A stretch of DNA of 50,130 nt, from contig BCKZ01000014.1 in NCBI GenBank assembly GCA_001600815.1, positions 620,001 to 670,130 of the forward strand. The letters are read 5' to 3'. The position numbers and the translations under genes are program-made. This document shows, in pieces, positions 23,973 to 37,285 of this stretch (positions are counted from its first letter, which is position 1; every line of letters begins with the position of its first letter). Source of the DNA: Alloascoidea hylecoeti. Lineage: Eukaryota. The notes under the pieces are model-generated. The model searched no databases. It saw only the letters and a program-made list of their open reading frames with translations, and had not been told where the DNA came from.

Positions 23973-25580
23973 AATGTTGATGTATGGAAATATGAATTGA
24001 TCATGATGAGATGCACATTTATATATTTTTTTCACTCTTGGATTTATTTAAAGTGAAATTTTTTAAAAATCTTTGTCTTCTTCTAAACGTACGGCAGAAT
24101 AATGGTTATTGAAGTGGTATATTTATTATATATATTTCTGGTATTCATTAATTATTTTCTACTAGGTAGTTATAGATTATAGATTTATAAATCAAGTAAA
24201 ATTTATTATAAGAAAACTCTACTGTAGCATCTAAATTAATAATTAGATCATAGGAGGTTAATTGTATTATCAATCATAACGTTAGAGTGATATTAACATC
24301 GATATCCAAGTGGCCAATGACAAAGGAAGTTTTCTATCGAACAAAAGAAGGCACGTAGATATGGTTTGTACCAGGCGAATTCTAACACAACTATAGAAAG
24401 TAGTATAGTGGTAGATATTAGATAGGCACTCCTAGGCTTAGATCTAAAGAATTTGAGAAAATGTTGTTTTCATAACTCTATAAATAATTAGTGTGATAAG
24501 TATTTATTATTATATAGGGCTAATATAACTATGGAGCTTGATAGGATATCGCAACTCGCGACCGTATCGAAAGATATCCATAAGTATATAACTTATAGGC
24601 ATATATGGATAATTAAGTTCTTAAAATCTACAATCAATTACAAGTAGCCCAAAATAGTTATGCTTTTGAAAAGAAATGTGAGTACTAGAATGAATCAGAT
24701 TGATTTATGACCAATAATTCACCTTGAAATTGCCCTTTCTTCACACAGTTAACGAGAAAAGATGTTCCAATCAACAAGGGTACGTACGTAGTACGTACTA
24801 AGTAGTGTCACTGTCATGCGATCCAGATAGATCAGTTGGTACACATTGGTACACAATGCTACAGATACAACAATTGATAGTGAAAACAAAAATGATTAGG
24901 TATAATTTTGAGACATTCAATTGCAAGAATATACTGTTCTTCAAATGTGGCGATTGAGAGGTTACATCTTATTACTTTGGTGAATCCATTCACAAGATAT
25001 CAATGGATTCTGCTGCTGCTATTTAAATTTTATTGATGGGTATATTTTATTATACCTTGCTCGTTGTTCTTGCATTTGTTGATATTTTTGGTGTTCACAA
25101 ATTATAAATAAGTATGGATATATGTCTCCTCACAAGCTGAGTGAATTATATACACCATAGTACCACATTCATGAGTGGGTAAGAATACTAAAAAGCTTGC
25201 ATCTATTACCTGTGTATGCTTGATATCATATTTCCCAAAATCTAGTTACTGAAGATCTGAATTATCTGAGTCAATACATATTTCAGATATAATTATAAAC
25301 ATTTTATAATTATCAAGCGATCGCGAAAAAAAAGTTTCTATTTAGGGATTAAGTATAAGCCTAGTGTGTAACAGTCGTTTGTTACTATTGTTATACCCAA
25401 TCACAATATTAATTGAGTTTAAGCTTAATTTCATTATTTATGTATAAATTTTATTAAAAATACGGCAATAATATATTACCCATAATACATGACTCACATC
25501 AATACATAATATTATCTATATAGATATGCATATACTAATTGCAAATACAATGTTATAAATATACTCCTCTAGATCTAGTC

Positions 25581-27058
25581 TTAAACCTGACCTATTAATA
25601 GCTTAACAACTCGTTTTCCCCAAAATTGTAATGTAGCTGCTCCTTCTGGCATCAGGTCAGGTCCTCTCATACAAATAATATCAACATGAGCGTCTTTACC
25701 TTTTAAGTCAATCGCGTACTTCTCCCATGTTAACGTGTTTAAGTTATCAATCATGGTTCGTACGTTTGTCGGTAAATTTTTGATTTCAACTTTTTCGAAT
25801 ATTTCATAACATGTATTATTTGAAATCTTATAATCAATAGTATTGATAACATTATCGATATCAGATTTGGATTTAGATTTAGATTTTCTATTGATATTAT
25901 GATCATGATTTGAGTAACGTCCAACCAGGTTACTATTACTTATTGCTTTTGTTAATAATCTATTTGGTAAATAATTTTGGTGGCTTGCGGACTTCACCTC
26001 TTGGAGCTCGGCTGTCGACTTACCCGAGGAGAGATTTTTATATCTCATAATCCTCAAAGTACTAGCTACCTGTAAGAAAATATTACCAAAGAGAAGCAAT
26101 GGAAGCAGCAAATAGAAAGCCATTGTCTTGCGAAATTTAGTGTAATCATGAGGACTATTATTCGAATCTAAAAGTTTGCTGGACGCAAGGTCAACTATAG
26201 GTGCTACCAAAGTTGAAGTTGAAGTTTCGGCTGAAGATATTGATGCAACCGACGATGATGAGCATGAAGCCGAATTGGAATTTGTAAATTCCTTATCACT
26301 ATTAACCTCTAATACTGAAAATGAAACAGCATGATGTGCAAAATCCGAAGGCGTAATATACGATGTGTAAAAGGGAACAGCATGGTCATCCTGAGTATTT
26401 GCTAAAAGCAAACGATTTTGAAATCTTGAAAGTCCTTTAAAATAAACAGAACTAGGCGAAGCCATTTCGTATATCAATTCACTCTTGTCATCAAAACAAT
26501 CAGCACTGGTTTTTCCGAAAGTTTTAGAGCCCAGAAAGCACATAAATTTTCCACTTAAATGAGGGCCATAATATCCTGTTGACACATGCGGTGTAGCAAA
26601 ACTACAATATATCATTGGGCGATACTTCTCAAATAAACCTTCGCGTTCACAAATTCCGATGCAATATCGAGTTATTAATCCACCTAGTGAATGTCCAATG
26701 AAACTTATATCATCAATTTCGATACCAGATTTAACCTTCAAATCGTTTACTTTTTCAGTAACTTCTTTATAAAGTCGTTCTCCTAGTATCTGCAATCCAT
26801 CATAAGTTCTTGCTCTTCTATTACTCTTGGACATTAAATAGTATAGTTCATGAGACTCTGTTCCATACTCTCGAATTGCACCTTTTAGATATCGTTTTAC
26901 TTGTGAAAGATCAGTGTAATCACCAACTAGGCTATGGAAGTAGGTTAGTCATATATTAATAAACGAACATGTAGTATTAATATTGATTATAACAGTTGGA
27001 ATTTCACTTACCCATGAGCAAAAACAAATAAATGTCTTTTCGTTAATGATGATGTCAT
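25581..27058 (-). CDS. DUF676 putative serine esterase/lipase (Rog1/Lpl1-like), copy 1; intron 26932..27011
   Basis: HLFVFAHG/LVGD after splicing (GTAAGT, GACTAAC, TAG); TYDGLQILGERL; ISFIGHSLGG; FATPH; NTQDDHAVPFYTS; DAHVDII. Confidence 0.9.
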
Positions 27059-27678
27059 CCTTGTAATAATCAATATGATATGGAATACAGTATAGAAGAT
27101 GAGATAGAATGAGAAAAAAGTAGTACTGCTGAAAATGAAGGTGATATAACCCAGATATCCGTCAAAGGCATGGATCCATGTGGCTAGCACAAGCTAAATA
27201 TATATTCCAATTGTTATGTTTCTCACTATATAGTTACAAATTAAAATTCATGCAGATACCTCCTTCACTTTTCATTCTTTATAATACCGTATATAAAATG
27301 ACAATGACACAAAACGGCCAAAAGCTTCCAACTGCCAAGTTCCAACTGGTCACATTGTGTTATGTGACTGTTATGCATAGGCCTTATAATTATAGCCTGG
27401 AATCCTCGCGCAGTGCAGCGAATATCGGCGAAGCTGATTAAGCAACGTTAATATTATAACATTTGTAAGTCTCATATAATATATATATTATGGTTTTAAA
27501 TTTATAATTATAAAAGCTATAAGATATTATCAGAATTATAACTTTACAATTATAAAGAAATACTAGTAATTATTAAAATTTTAGTCTTATTATATATACC
27601 GGTATAACATTTTATATTCCATTTTATATAAAATTTAAGGATTTATTCATTGTTAACGTTTAATTTCGAAACTTATGA

Positions 27679-28909
27679 CTAGGCACTTCCTGTTAAAATT
27701 TCAACAACACGTTCACTAACAAATTTTACAACTTCTGTTCCTTCTGGGTTTGCTTCGGGTCCATAGTAACCTACAATATCAATATGTGCATCCAATCTAT
27801 CAATGTAAACTGCGTATTTTTCCCATTCCAAGGAGTTTAGATTCTTGATTAATTGTCTTTCTTCCTTTGTTAAACTCTTCAATTCGGCTTGCCTAATAAT
27901 TTCAGGCTCCTCTTTAGGAGGGGGTGAAATAGGTGGTGGAGCAACAGGTTCAGAAGTTTTTCTTGGAATTGGAGGAGGTAAAGTTTTATAGTTTCTAACT
28001 CTGAAATAACTGAGAAGACCATGATACAACCAGAGTGGCATAAGAGCGTAAAATTGTACACTATGAAGAATTCTTCCAATCAAAAAATTTCTCCTCTGTT
28101 GTTTTTGAGCGGGTGGAAGTAATTTAGAAGTGTTAAGATCTACTAGACAAGATGGAATAGCGTCTAAAGATGATTTTTTAACATCGCTATGCTTATAATG
28201 CCCAAAATCAACCTCTCTATAAGAAAAGTCTGCAGTTGATATATAAGAAGAATAAAAGTTCAACTCAAGATCATGTTGTGTAGATCCAAATGCTAGTCTC
28301 TTTTTAAATTTAGCCAAACCGTTGAGATAATCAGATCCGGGTTCCGAAATATCTTGCAAGAATTTACTTGTTGGGGTTAATTGTGAACCTGATTTTCCGT
28401 ATAACAGTTTTGTGTTGAAAATGTATTGCAAAAATTTATCCAAACCTCCATAATGGCTTTTAACACCTATATGCGATGTTCCAAAACAACAATAAAAGCC
28501 AGGGTTATATCTTTCCCAAATACCATACTTTTCACATACACCAATGCACACTCTAGATGATAAGCCACCAAATGAATGTGCCAAAAAGCTAATATCATTG
28601 ATCTCAATGTTTTCTTCTTGTAGTTTGTTTAATTCTTGCAGTATTTCAACGTAAAGTCTTTCTCCTAAGATTTGAAGGCCATCAAATGATGTAGTAAATC
28701 TATTGGCTTTGGCTTCCAAGAAATACACTTCATCTTCCCTGCTATCTTTTAAATTGGCTGTTATTTGCTCTTTGAATTTGCACAGATTATCATAATCTCC
28801 TAAAAGACTGTATATTTTACAATTAGTGATTTTTAATTAAACCTCAGTACCAATGTAACAAAACATACCCATGAACTAACACAAGTAGATGCTTTTTTGA
28901 TTCAACCAT
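27679..28909 (-). CDS. DUF676 putative serine esterase/lipase, copy 2; intron 28808..28868
   Basis: HLLVLVHG/LLGD after splicing (GTATGT, CACTAAT, CAG); SFDGLQILGERL; ISFLAHSFGG; DAHIDIV. Confidence 0.9.
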
Positions 28910-31009
28910 TATAATATATTAATTTGAAAATATTTTACTTATGGGTAGTTTTCTTGATTAGCAAAAGTAAAGAAGAACCACTGTATTTAAGGAACATATT
29001 TTAGCAATTAATATAAACGTTGTTTAAAGTATTGGTATGATTGATATACATTACATTTTACATCCCCCCGCAAAGTTAATCTAATAAATTTAAAACCTAC
29101 TAGAGAATTAAACAGGTCAAAAAACCATTAAAAACTTATATAATTATAATCATAATTGTAAAGGACTGTGAATCACAGTTGAGCAAAATGATTGACAATG
29201 AATATGGCATGAATATTGGGAGTCATTGTCGTTAGCACAATATACAGTAGAAAAGAGATGAAATTAAGCCATCCGATGCATATCTATAGTTTCATAGGGA
29301 GATGGGGATGATTTCATGTTTGAAGTTTTACGTATTAAAGTTTGGTGAAATCATATGCATTCAATCGCAAATATTTGTCATTCTACATCACTGCATCAGG
29401 GAGTTTTCAGACTAAAGCTCTTTGATTTAATTTATCCAATGCATTATGATTAGTTTTGCCAATATATCTTTAAATATATTCAGTCGTATAAGAGTCACAA
29501 TTGTAATTAGTTAGATAAGTAATAGGGATATTATTACTCACAAAACCTTATGAGAGCCTCAAACTTAAAAAAGTTGAATTCTACCATGTCATTTTTAACT
29601 CTATATGTTTATGGTACGCGCCACTTAAAATGAACAATTTATTTCTTAATAGTCCTCCAATTGTTGGCCAACTTCTGGATTATTTAAGGAACACCCCGTG
29701 CCATCTGATCCACTCTTGATTCATTTTGAACATATTGCCCACATCGTGTCTGATGTTTTAACTGTGATAATCTTCGGGGTTATTTTCCACCAGAACAAAA
29801 TATATTTAATAATAAATATCCATCACCATTATCCAGTGCCAACCATTGATATAGCTTTCCACCCATTAAATTTGAAATTGCTAATCTTAAACTTTAATAC
29901 TATCTCTACCTATGCTAGATGCAATGGATATCAACAGATCTAGTGTGTGAATCTTTAGGGAATTGTTTTGTTATTTAATAGAATACAACATATAGAATGG
30001 TCATGGTGTATTAGAGTTGCATATTTATTAGGCCTATCGATACCAAATTAGGGGCATGAATAGGTTTAGAGTATTTATAGGCTTATAAAGGGTAGATATT
30101 CCCCACATAAAAATCAGCTAACAGTTGGCCAAGGTAAATTACAATTAACATATAGGCCTATATCACATTTCTGCCATACAGTTATATAACTAATACTTAA
30201 CATTAATTACGTATAACTTACAACAGAATGATAAACCGGATCCGTCTATTAAATATGATGTATGTTATAATGGGAGACAGCGGCCAATTTATAAGCTTCT
30301 AGATCTTAATCTTAAATTAAACGTGAAGTTTTTTATTCTTGTAGATACTTAAGCTTACTCATGATAAGGGAGAATCGAGCTCCAACTAATATTGAAAATT
30401 GTAATACTGACTCATCGCTGATAATCTGGCCATATATCCACTGTCCAGCTCTCGAGTTCCAAATTTCATTGTACTGCAGGCGGTGTATTAATTAACTCGA
30501 TTTCGAGAGGGAGGTTCATGATCATGGATAACCAAAAATATCCTTATAACTATACTAAAATATTATAATATTTTTAACCATAAGTTAAACATTTCCTTCT
30601 GACACACACATGGTCTCCAAAATGCAGGTTCGCCCTTTTAAAATACTAATTATCTGTCATATTTGAAACTGTCAACGTTCGATTCATTTTCTCTTATCAA
30701 CTTCAATCATTAATACCTCAACGTTTAATGACATTCTACATACATTGGTACAGACGTAAATTATATTTAGTGATAATCTTAAGAAAAATAAGGAACCTTC
30801 AATTAATTTAAATCCTATTTAAACTGGAATCAATTGAATAAAAACAATTTGCAAAGTCAAATGAAGCTTCGAAGAAGATCAAGAATATATATATTATTGA
30901 ATTTTTTTGTTTGCATCAAAATAACGAAATTACATAAAAGTATAGAAATCAAAACGTAGCTAACTGCAGTTGCAACCTTTAAAACATTAAATTAAAACTA
31001 GTTATAAGA

Positions 31010-31954
31010 TTAGAAAAAATGTAACCAATTTCTCTTAGCCAAAACACTTGATGTCTCTGGTGATAATGCTTGAGAAGTTGAAGTACTAGCTGCAATAGAA
31101 ATTGGGGCAATTGTTGCACTACTAATGGTATCATTACCATAATAATGAACAGTAGAAAGTGTAGCATAAGCAGAAGATGCTGATACAGAGTAGGCGGTTG
31201 AAGTGGCATTATTAAGAGTCTGATAAATTGTATTATAACTTGTGACAGTCGAAATTGATCCATCTTCATCAGTGACATATGTGGTGGCAGACACAGTACT
31301 TGTTGCAGTAAGAGAACTTGTAACAGAGTTTGTGATTGTCAAAGTCAAAGTAGCTTCTTGGGTTGTGACAACATCAGTACTTGTTGGAATAACACTAACA
31401 ACTGAACCACTAGCGTCGGTAACCGTAACTGAAGCAACAACAGGAACAGTAGCAACGACTACAGTTGTGATAAAAATAGTGGAGTCTTCACTGAGGGAAA
31501 GATCATAAGCAGCAGCAGAAGAAGTGGCATAGGCGTCACATTCAGTGACGGTGACGGTCTTTCCGGCTTCGGTGACAGTAACAGTAGCCTCTGAACTGCC
31601 TGATGAAGCAATGACTGCATCGGTAGAAGAAGCAACAAATGAAGCGGCAGCAGAGGAGGCAGCAGAGGAGGCAGCAGAGGAAACATCAATAGCCTTATAA
31701 ACCGAAGAAACTTGAACATAACTATCAGAAGTTGTTGAAGCACCAATAGAGCTTGTTGATTGAGTATAATATGAGTCAAGTGTGACAGTATCAACAACAA
31801 TGGTGCTTGTCATTGTAGAAGTTATTGAAGACTCATTTGTAAAAGCTCTTCTGGCGAGCTTTCCCCCAAACAAGTTGGGTTTGAGTACATTTTTTGCACT
31901 GGCCGAGGAAGCGAGAACAGAGGCAATAAGGATAGCAGATAACTTAAATTGCAT
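31010..31954 (-). CDS. Secreted Ser/Thr/Val-rich cell-wall-type protein with dibasic (Kex2-type) sites
   Basis: Signal peptide MQFKLSAILIASVLASSASA, LARR site, Ser/Thr-rich body with TVTVTE motifs, ends KRNWLHFF. No hydrophobic GPI tail. TATATAAA upstream at about 32137-32144. Confidence 0.8.
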   Translation of the reverse strand: MQFKLSAILIASVLASSASAKNVLKPNLFGGKLARRAFTNESSITSTMTSTIVVDTVTLDSYYTQSTSSIGASTTSDSYVQVSSVYKAIDVSSAASSAASSAAASFVASSTDAVIASSGSSEATVTVTEAGKTVTVTECDAYATSSAAAYDLSLSEDSTIFITTVVVATVPVVASVTVTDASGSVVSVIPTSTDVVTTQEATLTLTITNSVTSSLTATSTVSATTYVTDEDGSISTVTSYNTIYQTLNNATSTAYSVSASSAYATLSTVHYYGNDTISSATIAPISIAASTSTSQALSPETSSVLAKRNWLHFF

Positions 31955-33126
31955 TTTGATTGATTTTTTGTTTTGTTAATAGTTTGATGAAATGAACGCA
32001 GATATAGAGAAGATCAAAGTGTGAAAAAGTCCAGCTTTTAAATCTTTGAAGTAACGAATGGACGAGGTTTGGTGCTCAGAAATAAGAGTCAAAGGGAATG
32101 ACGATAATTGAGAAGAAAGACTGGACTTCAGGCTCTTTATATATAAATGTGAATTATTAAGGTTGGTTCCTGAATCATTAGACACAAATCAAAACGATAT
32201 CCTTGCATATATTAAGACATCCTCGGCGCATAACGCGCCCGCAAACTCAATGGTACTAATAATTGGGTAAATTTAAGTATAACTGTATAGCTAGCCCTAA
32301 CTTTGTAACTTGAATAATAGTGTATAATCATATACTTTTGTATATGGATTTATTCGAGCACGATCTTAAGCATAAACCAAAGAAAAGAGCAGGTAAGATG
32401 ACAATTGATCAGACTATAATATTATAATTATCAACACTTTCAATCACGAAAATTGAACTCAGAGTTATGAAACATGCAGGTCATTAATAATTATTGTAAA
32501 TGTAGTCACAATCAAGGCTTGGTAATTATAAGGAAAATTTCAATTAATTATTAGTATTGCAACATATAACATTAATTTGCAGTTAATAAATCTTTTCCAG
32601 GATCCAGGAGAATGTGCGACAAGGTCTGGAGTGGGATAGACACCCAAAAGCCATAGTTAATCGATATAGTCAGGACCATCCAAGGCTTAAGGTTAATGGA
32701 GCATAATCATGACATTGAAAAGGTTGTAGGATAATTAACACGTAGAAAATACATGTCTCTCGAGTAACGATTTTTCATTGTCTGTCTTACATGATCAGGG
32801 GTAGTCTTTTAACCTGTGATAGTCGTGCGACATGGACGGCCAGCTCACGTGACAGCCACTAAGCACCTGTGTTGACCTTGAAATTGCAATACGACATGCG
32901 AATATGAGAAAGCAGCTAGTTAGTATCGAATCAAGTCACTCCGCTGCTCCTGCACTTCTTCCTCCAATTACTTCCTTTTTTTTCAATTGTAATTGGAGTA
33001 TATAAAGTGATCAAAGCCCCCTAAGATCTCTTTCCTTCTTCTCTTACCTCCTCGTCCTCTTGATACAGATCGCAACCTTTTCATTCTCTCCATCCTCCTG
33101 GTATCACACATTAAACACATTAAGCA

Positions 33127-34038
33127 ATGAAATTCTCAACTGTTGCCATTCCTTCTCTTATAGCCGCTGCAGGCACCACGTTCGCTGAAGAGGACGTGAC
33201 TGTTCACGTAACAAGCACCGTTCAATCTGTTGTTACCGCTGTCACAACCTACTGTCCCGTCACCGCCTCTGAGGCTTCTGCTGCCTCTGTTTCAACTGAA
33301 GCTTCTGGAGCCGTTGTGGTTGCTACTACCGCTTCTGCTGCAACTGAAGCTTCTGCTGCTTCTGTTGTTGTTGGTACTGAATCTGTTGCTGCTGTTGGTA
33401 CTACTGCTTCCGTTGTCGAAGCCTCTGGATCTGCTGTTGCAGTTGCTACTACTGCTTCCGTTGTGGAAGCCTCTGGATCTGCTGTTGCAGTTGCTACTAC
33501 TGCTTCCGTTGTGGAAGTCTCTGGATCTGCTGCTTCCGTTGTAGCCTCTGGATCTGCTGCTCCCGTTGTAGCCTCTGGATCTGCTGCTCCCGTTGTAGCC
33601 TCTGGATCTGCAGGTGCAGTTGCCGTTTCAGGTGAAGAAACTACTGTCGTTTGGACTGCCGTCTCCGCCACTTCTGGTGTTGCTGCTTCGGGTTCGACTG
33701 CTCTCGTCACAGTTACAGGCACTCCAGCTGCCTCAAGTGAAGAGACTACTATTGTTTGGACTGCTGTTTCCGCTACCTCTGGTAGTTTTGGAAATACCAC
33801 CTTGACAACCGTTACAAAGAATTCAACCTCAACGTCCTCAAAATCTTCATCCAAATCAACCAAGAAATCAACTTCTGTTACTGCTACAGGTACAGGTTCA
33901 GGTTCTGAATCAGCTGCCTCTGCCTCTGCAAGTGGTAGTGGCTCTGGTAATTCTTCTTCAAATGGTGCCGCTGTTTTTAATGCCGGTTCATCTGTCACAT
34001 TCGCAGCTGCCTTAGCGCTTGCTGCTTTTATCTTATAG
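33127..34038 (+). CDS. GPI-anchored Ser/Thr/Ala/Val-rich cell-wall mannoprotein
   Basis: Signal peptide, TTYCP motif, internal repeats, SSNGAA omega-like site and hydrophobic C-terminus. TATATAAA at about 32999. Confidence 0.88.
   Translation: MKFSTVAIPSLIAAAGTTFAEEDVTVHVTSTVQSVVTAVTTYCPVTASEASAASVSTEASGAVVVATTASAATEASAASVVVGTESVAAVGTTASVVEASGSAVAVATTASVVEASGSAVAVATTASVVEVSGSAASVVASGSAAPVVASGSAAPVVASGSAGAVAVSGEETTVVWTAVSATSGVAASGSTALVTVTGTPAASSEETTIVWTAVSATSGSFGNTTLTTVTKNSTSTSSKSSSKSTKKSTSVTATGTGSGSESAASASASGSGSGNSSSNGAAVFNAGSSVTFAAALALAAFIL
33400..33612 (+). repeat. Coding minisatellites: 48-bp (VEASGSAVAVATTASV) and 27-bp (VVASGSAAP) units
   Basis: Repeated GCCTCTGGATCTGCTG cores at 48- and 27-nt spacing. 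Confidence 0.9.
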
Positions 34039-37000
34039 ATTCTTTAATCATTTAATAGTTTTAAACTTCCCCTTACCTGCTTCTTAATGTTTCGATTATC
34101 CTAAAAGTTTACTAGATGTTCTTTCTATTTTTATAGGTCTTAACTCCTATTTTTTTATTTCTCATCATACTCTTCATTTAATGTGGGTTTCTTCATGGTA
34201 ATGTTTTTGTCGTTACTTATCTTTTGTTTTTGATATTATAATTAATTAATTAATGGAAAATATAACTATAATCATATAATTAGAATCTAATATCCCAGGT
34301 TACGTAGTTACGATACTGAATCATTCTCCCTATAAACGGGATGCTATTTCACATTTTAATATGGTAGATTATATTTAAGTGCATTAGCGGCACTCAAGTT
34401 TGCGTGTTGATGTTGTTAATTCGGTTTAAGTAGCAGAATTGTCATGATCATATAGGACAAAGAACAATAGTGCTGTATTTCTACGAATATAATTTGTGTT
34501 CACTAACCATGGCCTAAAACTTATAGCTGTAGTTCTATACATCCAATCTGATGCCATGGATATATTTTAATATCACAGTTGTCACTCCTACTAGAGGTGA
34601 GAATTCACAGGTTCATTTACTTATAAAATTTTATGCAAGCTATTATTATGCATGGATTATTGTATGTCAAACTCTGCACAATAGAGGATGCAATACATAT
34701 GCAAGTCTCCTAACAATATCCTTATTTCTTCAGCACAGTAACTTAACATTACTTTTACCACACAGTTTTTGTTTACAATATTTTACAGTAAAATAGAAAG
34801 ATGAACTATTGTTCTTATTTTCTTGTGTTCATTTTGCAATTGTATTGTGAATATTAAGCTGATTAATATTTTGGATTTCTTTTTTAAATGAATATGCATA
34901 TAAATTGAAGCCCGGGTAATTCATCGGTCTTTAAAAACTCAAATAAAATGTGTAATCCGGGTAATATCATGATAGTGATAAGATGATCCTACTACTTTAT
35001 AACCTCCATGAGTGAAAGAGATGACAAAGTATTATTATGGCCTGCAAAAATTAATTTTCCTCAATGGCCGATTCTTAAGCTTGTGCACTACATTACAGCT
35101 TAAAAACAGTGTGATAGGTAGTTATCTAACTATTTTTAAAGATTAAATCAGAAGTTTTGAGTTTGAAAAAATATTGAATTATTGTATCGAAATTATTCGA
35201 AGATATAAATAAAGAAAAATAGTATTCAAAGAAAAACACAATAATTAATGACTATGATCATATCCTTCTAAATGTAAATATCAAGTAGGTACAATTATAT
35301 ACCTTAGTTAGCTATATAGGGTCCCGCCTAATCTAGAGAGGTCAATTAATCCCAAAACAAATCACTATGTAGTTAAGTGATCAATCAACTCCTATGCAAA
35401 TAGCTAGTAAGTGCACCAATACTAGCGCCAATTGCAAGAGTAATCACCAATCGGCTTTCAACCATAAATTGCCATAGTAGCAAATTAAGAACCCACTAAA
35501 TCATTATAAAGAAGCTCACAAGATATTTACTTTTTGTTTCCCAAATGATTTAATGCGGTTTGGCTAAATCAATTTCAACTGAACCACTAAATTTGGTGGT
35601 GGTTAAATCACCAAGATATTGTCCTACGAACCAGAATTACCTAATTAACGCTATTTATTCACCATAAAGAACACTAAATAATTTTAAATTATTATTTTGA
35701 TTAATTTTAAAAGCATTCCCTGCTTAGCTCCCAAAAGCATCACTAATATTTCTCAACAATGGCGGTACAAATAAGTGAAAAAACTGTATCATTGCTAAAT
35801 TTTAATCAGCAGTAATGTTGATTATTAAATCCTTAATTGATTTATAAAATTCTCAACCTCAAATAAATAATGTTGTTTAATTCCATTATTTAAAGCTGGA
35901 TCATAATTCTTCTTGGCGTTACACGTTAATTGGATTCTCTTAATGTTATACAATTGCACCACTACATATTCAAATATTCCCATTTATACCAGTTTCTCCA
36001 AGACATATTTCCAGCGCTTCGAATAAAACTATTTCATTATCGGTATTGTTAATTCTAAGGTTATCTCTGAATAAATCCATGTCTGGATCTGATCAATATT
36101 TAAAGTTCACAAGCAAAGATCTATCAATAATCTACAAGGATGAAGTTTGACTCTCTTTAAAATCCGTATCTACTATATATCTAGGCTCGTTGCATTCTAT
36201 ACGACTTTTAAATATAAAAAGATTATAAGATCAAAACTTAAACACATCATTTTATAGATGCTTACGTTGCTTAGTGATCCGCATTTATTCAGACTACTTG
36301 TTTTTTATTGGAAGTTCGATTGTAGTTTTTGTTGCTAGTTAAAGGTGACTACTCGCCACAGCTACAATAAGGCTATACAGCCGATCATCGAAGTTAATTT
36401 ACATCTATCCCCACAATTAAGCTTACAGCTCCACGGTAAATTTAGGTGACCGAAGCCACCTTAAACCTATTTTTATCGTGGTGCTGGGTCTTGAGTGCTG
36501 AATATTGCATCGGAGTATCGTATCATTATAATGTTAATGTTATCTGGAACTGTAATATTAATAATATTGGAATGTTCTAATCCATCCAAATTTTCTGTTT
36601 TAGGCCTACAAAAACTAATTATTTCAGAGTTTAAATTAAATTTTATATCATTTAAACACAATTGCAAGTTGTGACCTTTTTCTACTTACTTATTCCATCA
36701 TAGCTAGTTTTCTTTAAAGCAATAGGGCTCACAAACTTGCAAACTTGCAATATTAAGAGAAATTAACTAGGTTTCATACACGTGATTATTTGTGGATATA
36801 ACTTTATATAGTGAAACATAAACCCAAAAATTCTGCTGCTCGAAAAGGAAATAATGTAGATTCATTTCAAAAAAGTAAACAATAGTTTGATTATATTACT
36901 TGTGAGCTCAGAAAAGGTTTTATTTATTAGTGTTTTGTTTAAAAAGACGTAAATATTTGTAAATATACAAAATTACGCCAATATTAATTATTAGAGAGGT

Positions 37001-37285
37001 ACAAGTAAAATGTGTGACCTGTGAGACATCCACAAGCTTAAGTTGTTTTATGATTAACCATGCAGTCAAAGACTGTTTATAATAATCTTTTATTTCTCCC
37101 AGCTAAATAATGTTCAATTTCATAAAAGGTGGGTAATATCTCTTCATTGTTTCTTTTAAAACAACAGATATTCGCTCGTTTATCCATTCATTTCATTCAT
37201 TTACTTTTTATCAAATCATACAGCTTGCTTTTGCTTACTGTCTACAAGCTACTGCTTATGTAATAAACGTTGACTAACAAGTAAA

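Noticed and set aside
24779..24801. TACGTACGTAGTACGTACTA palindromic run
   Set aside because: A short simple repeat with no supporting context.
33230..33998. Long antisense and alternative-frame ORFs over the GPI protein (also 30979-31979 over the secreted protein)
   Set aside because: Expected shadows of Ser/Thr/Ala/Val codon bias and repeats; no independent protein features.
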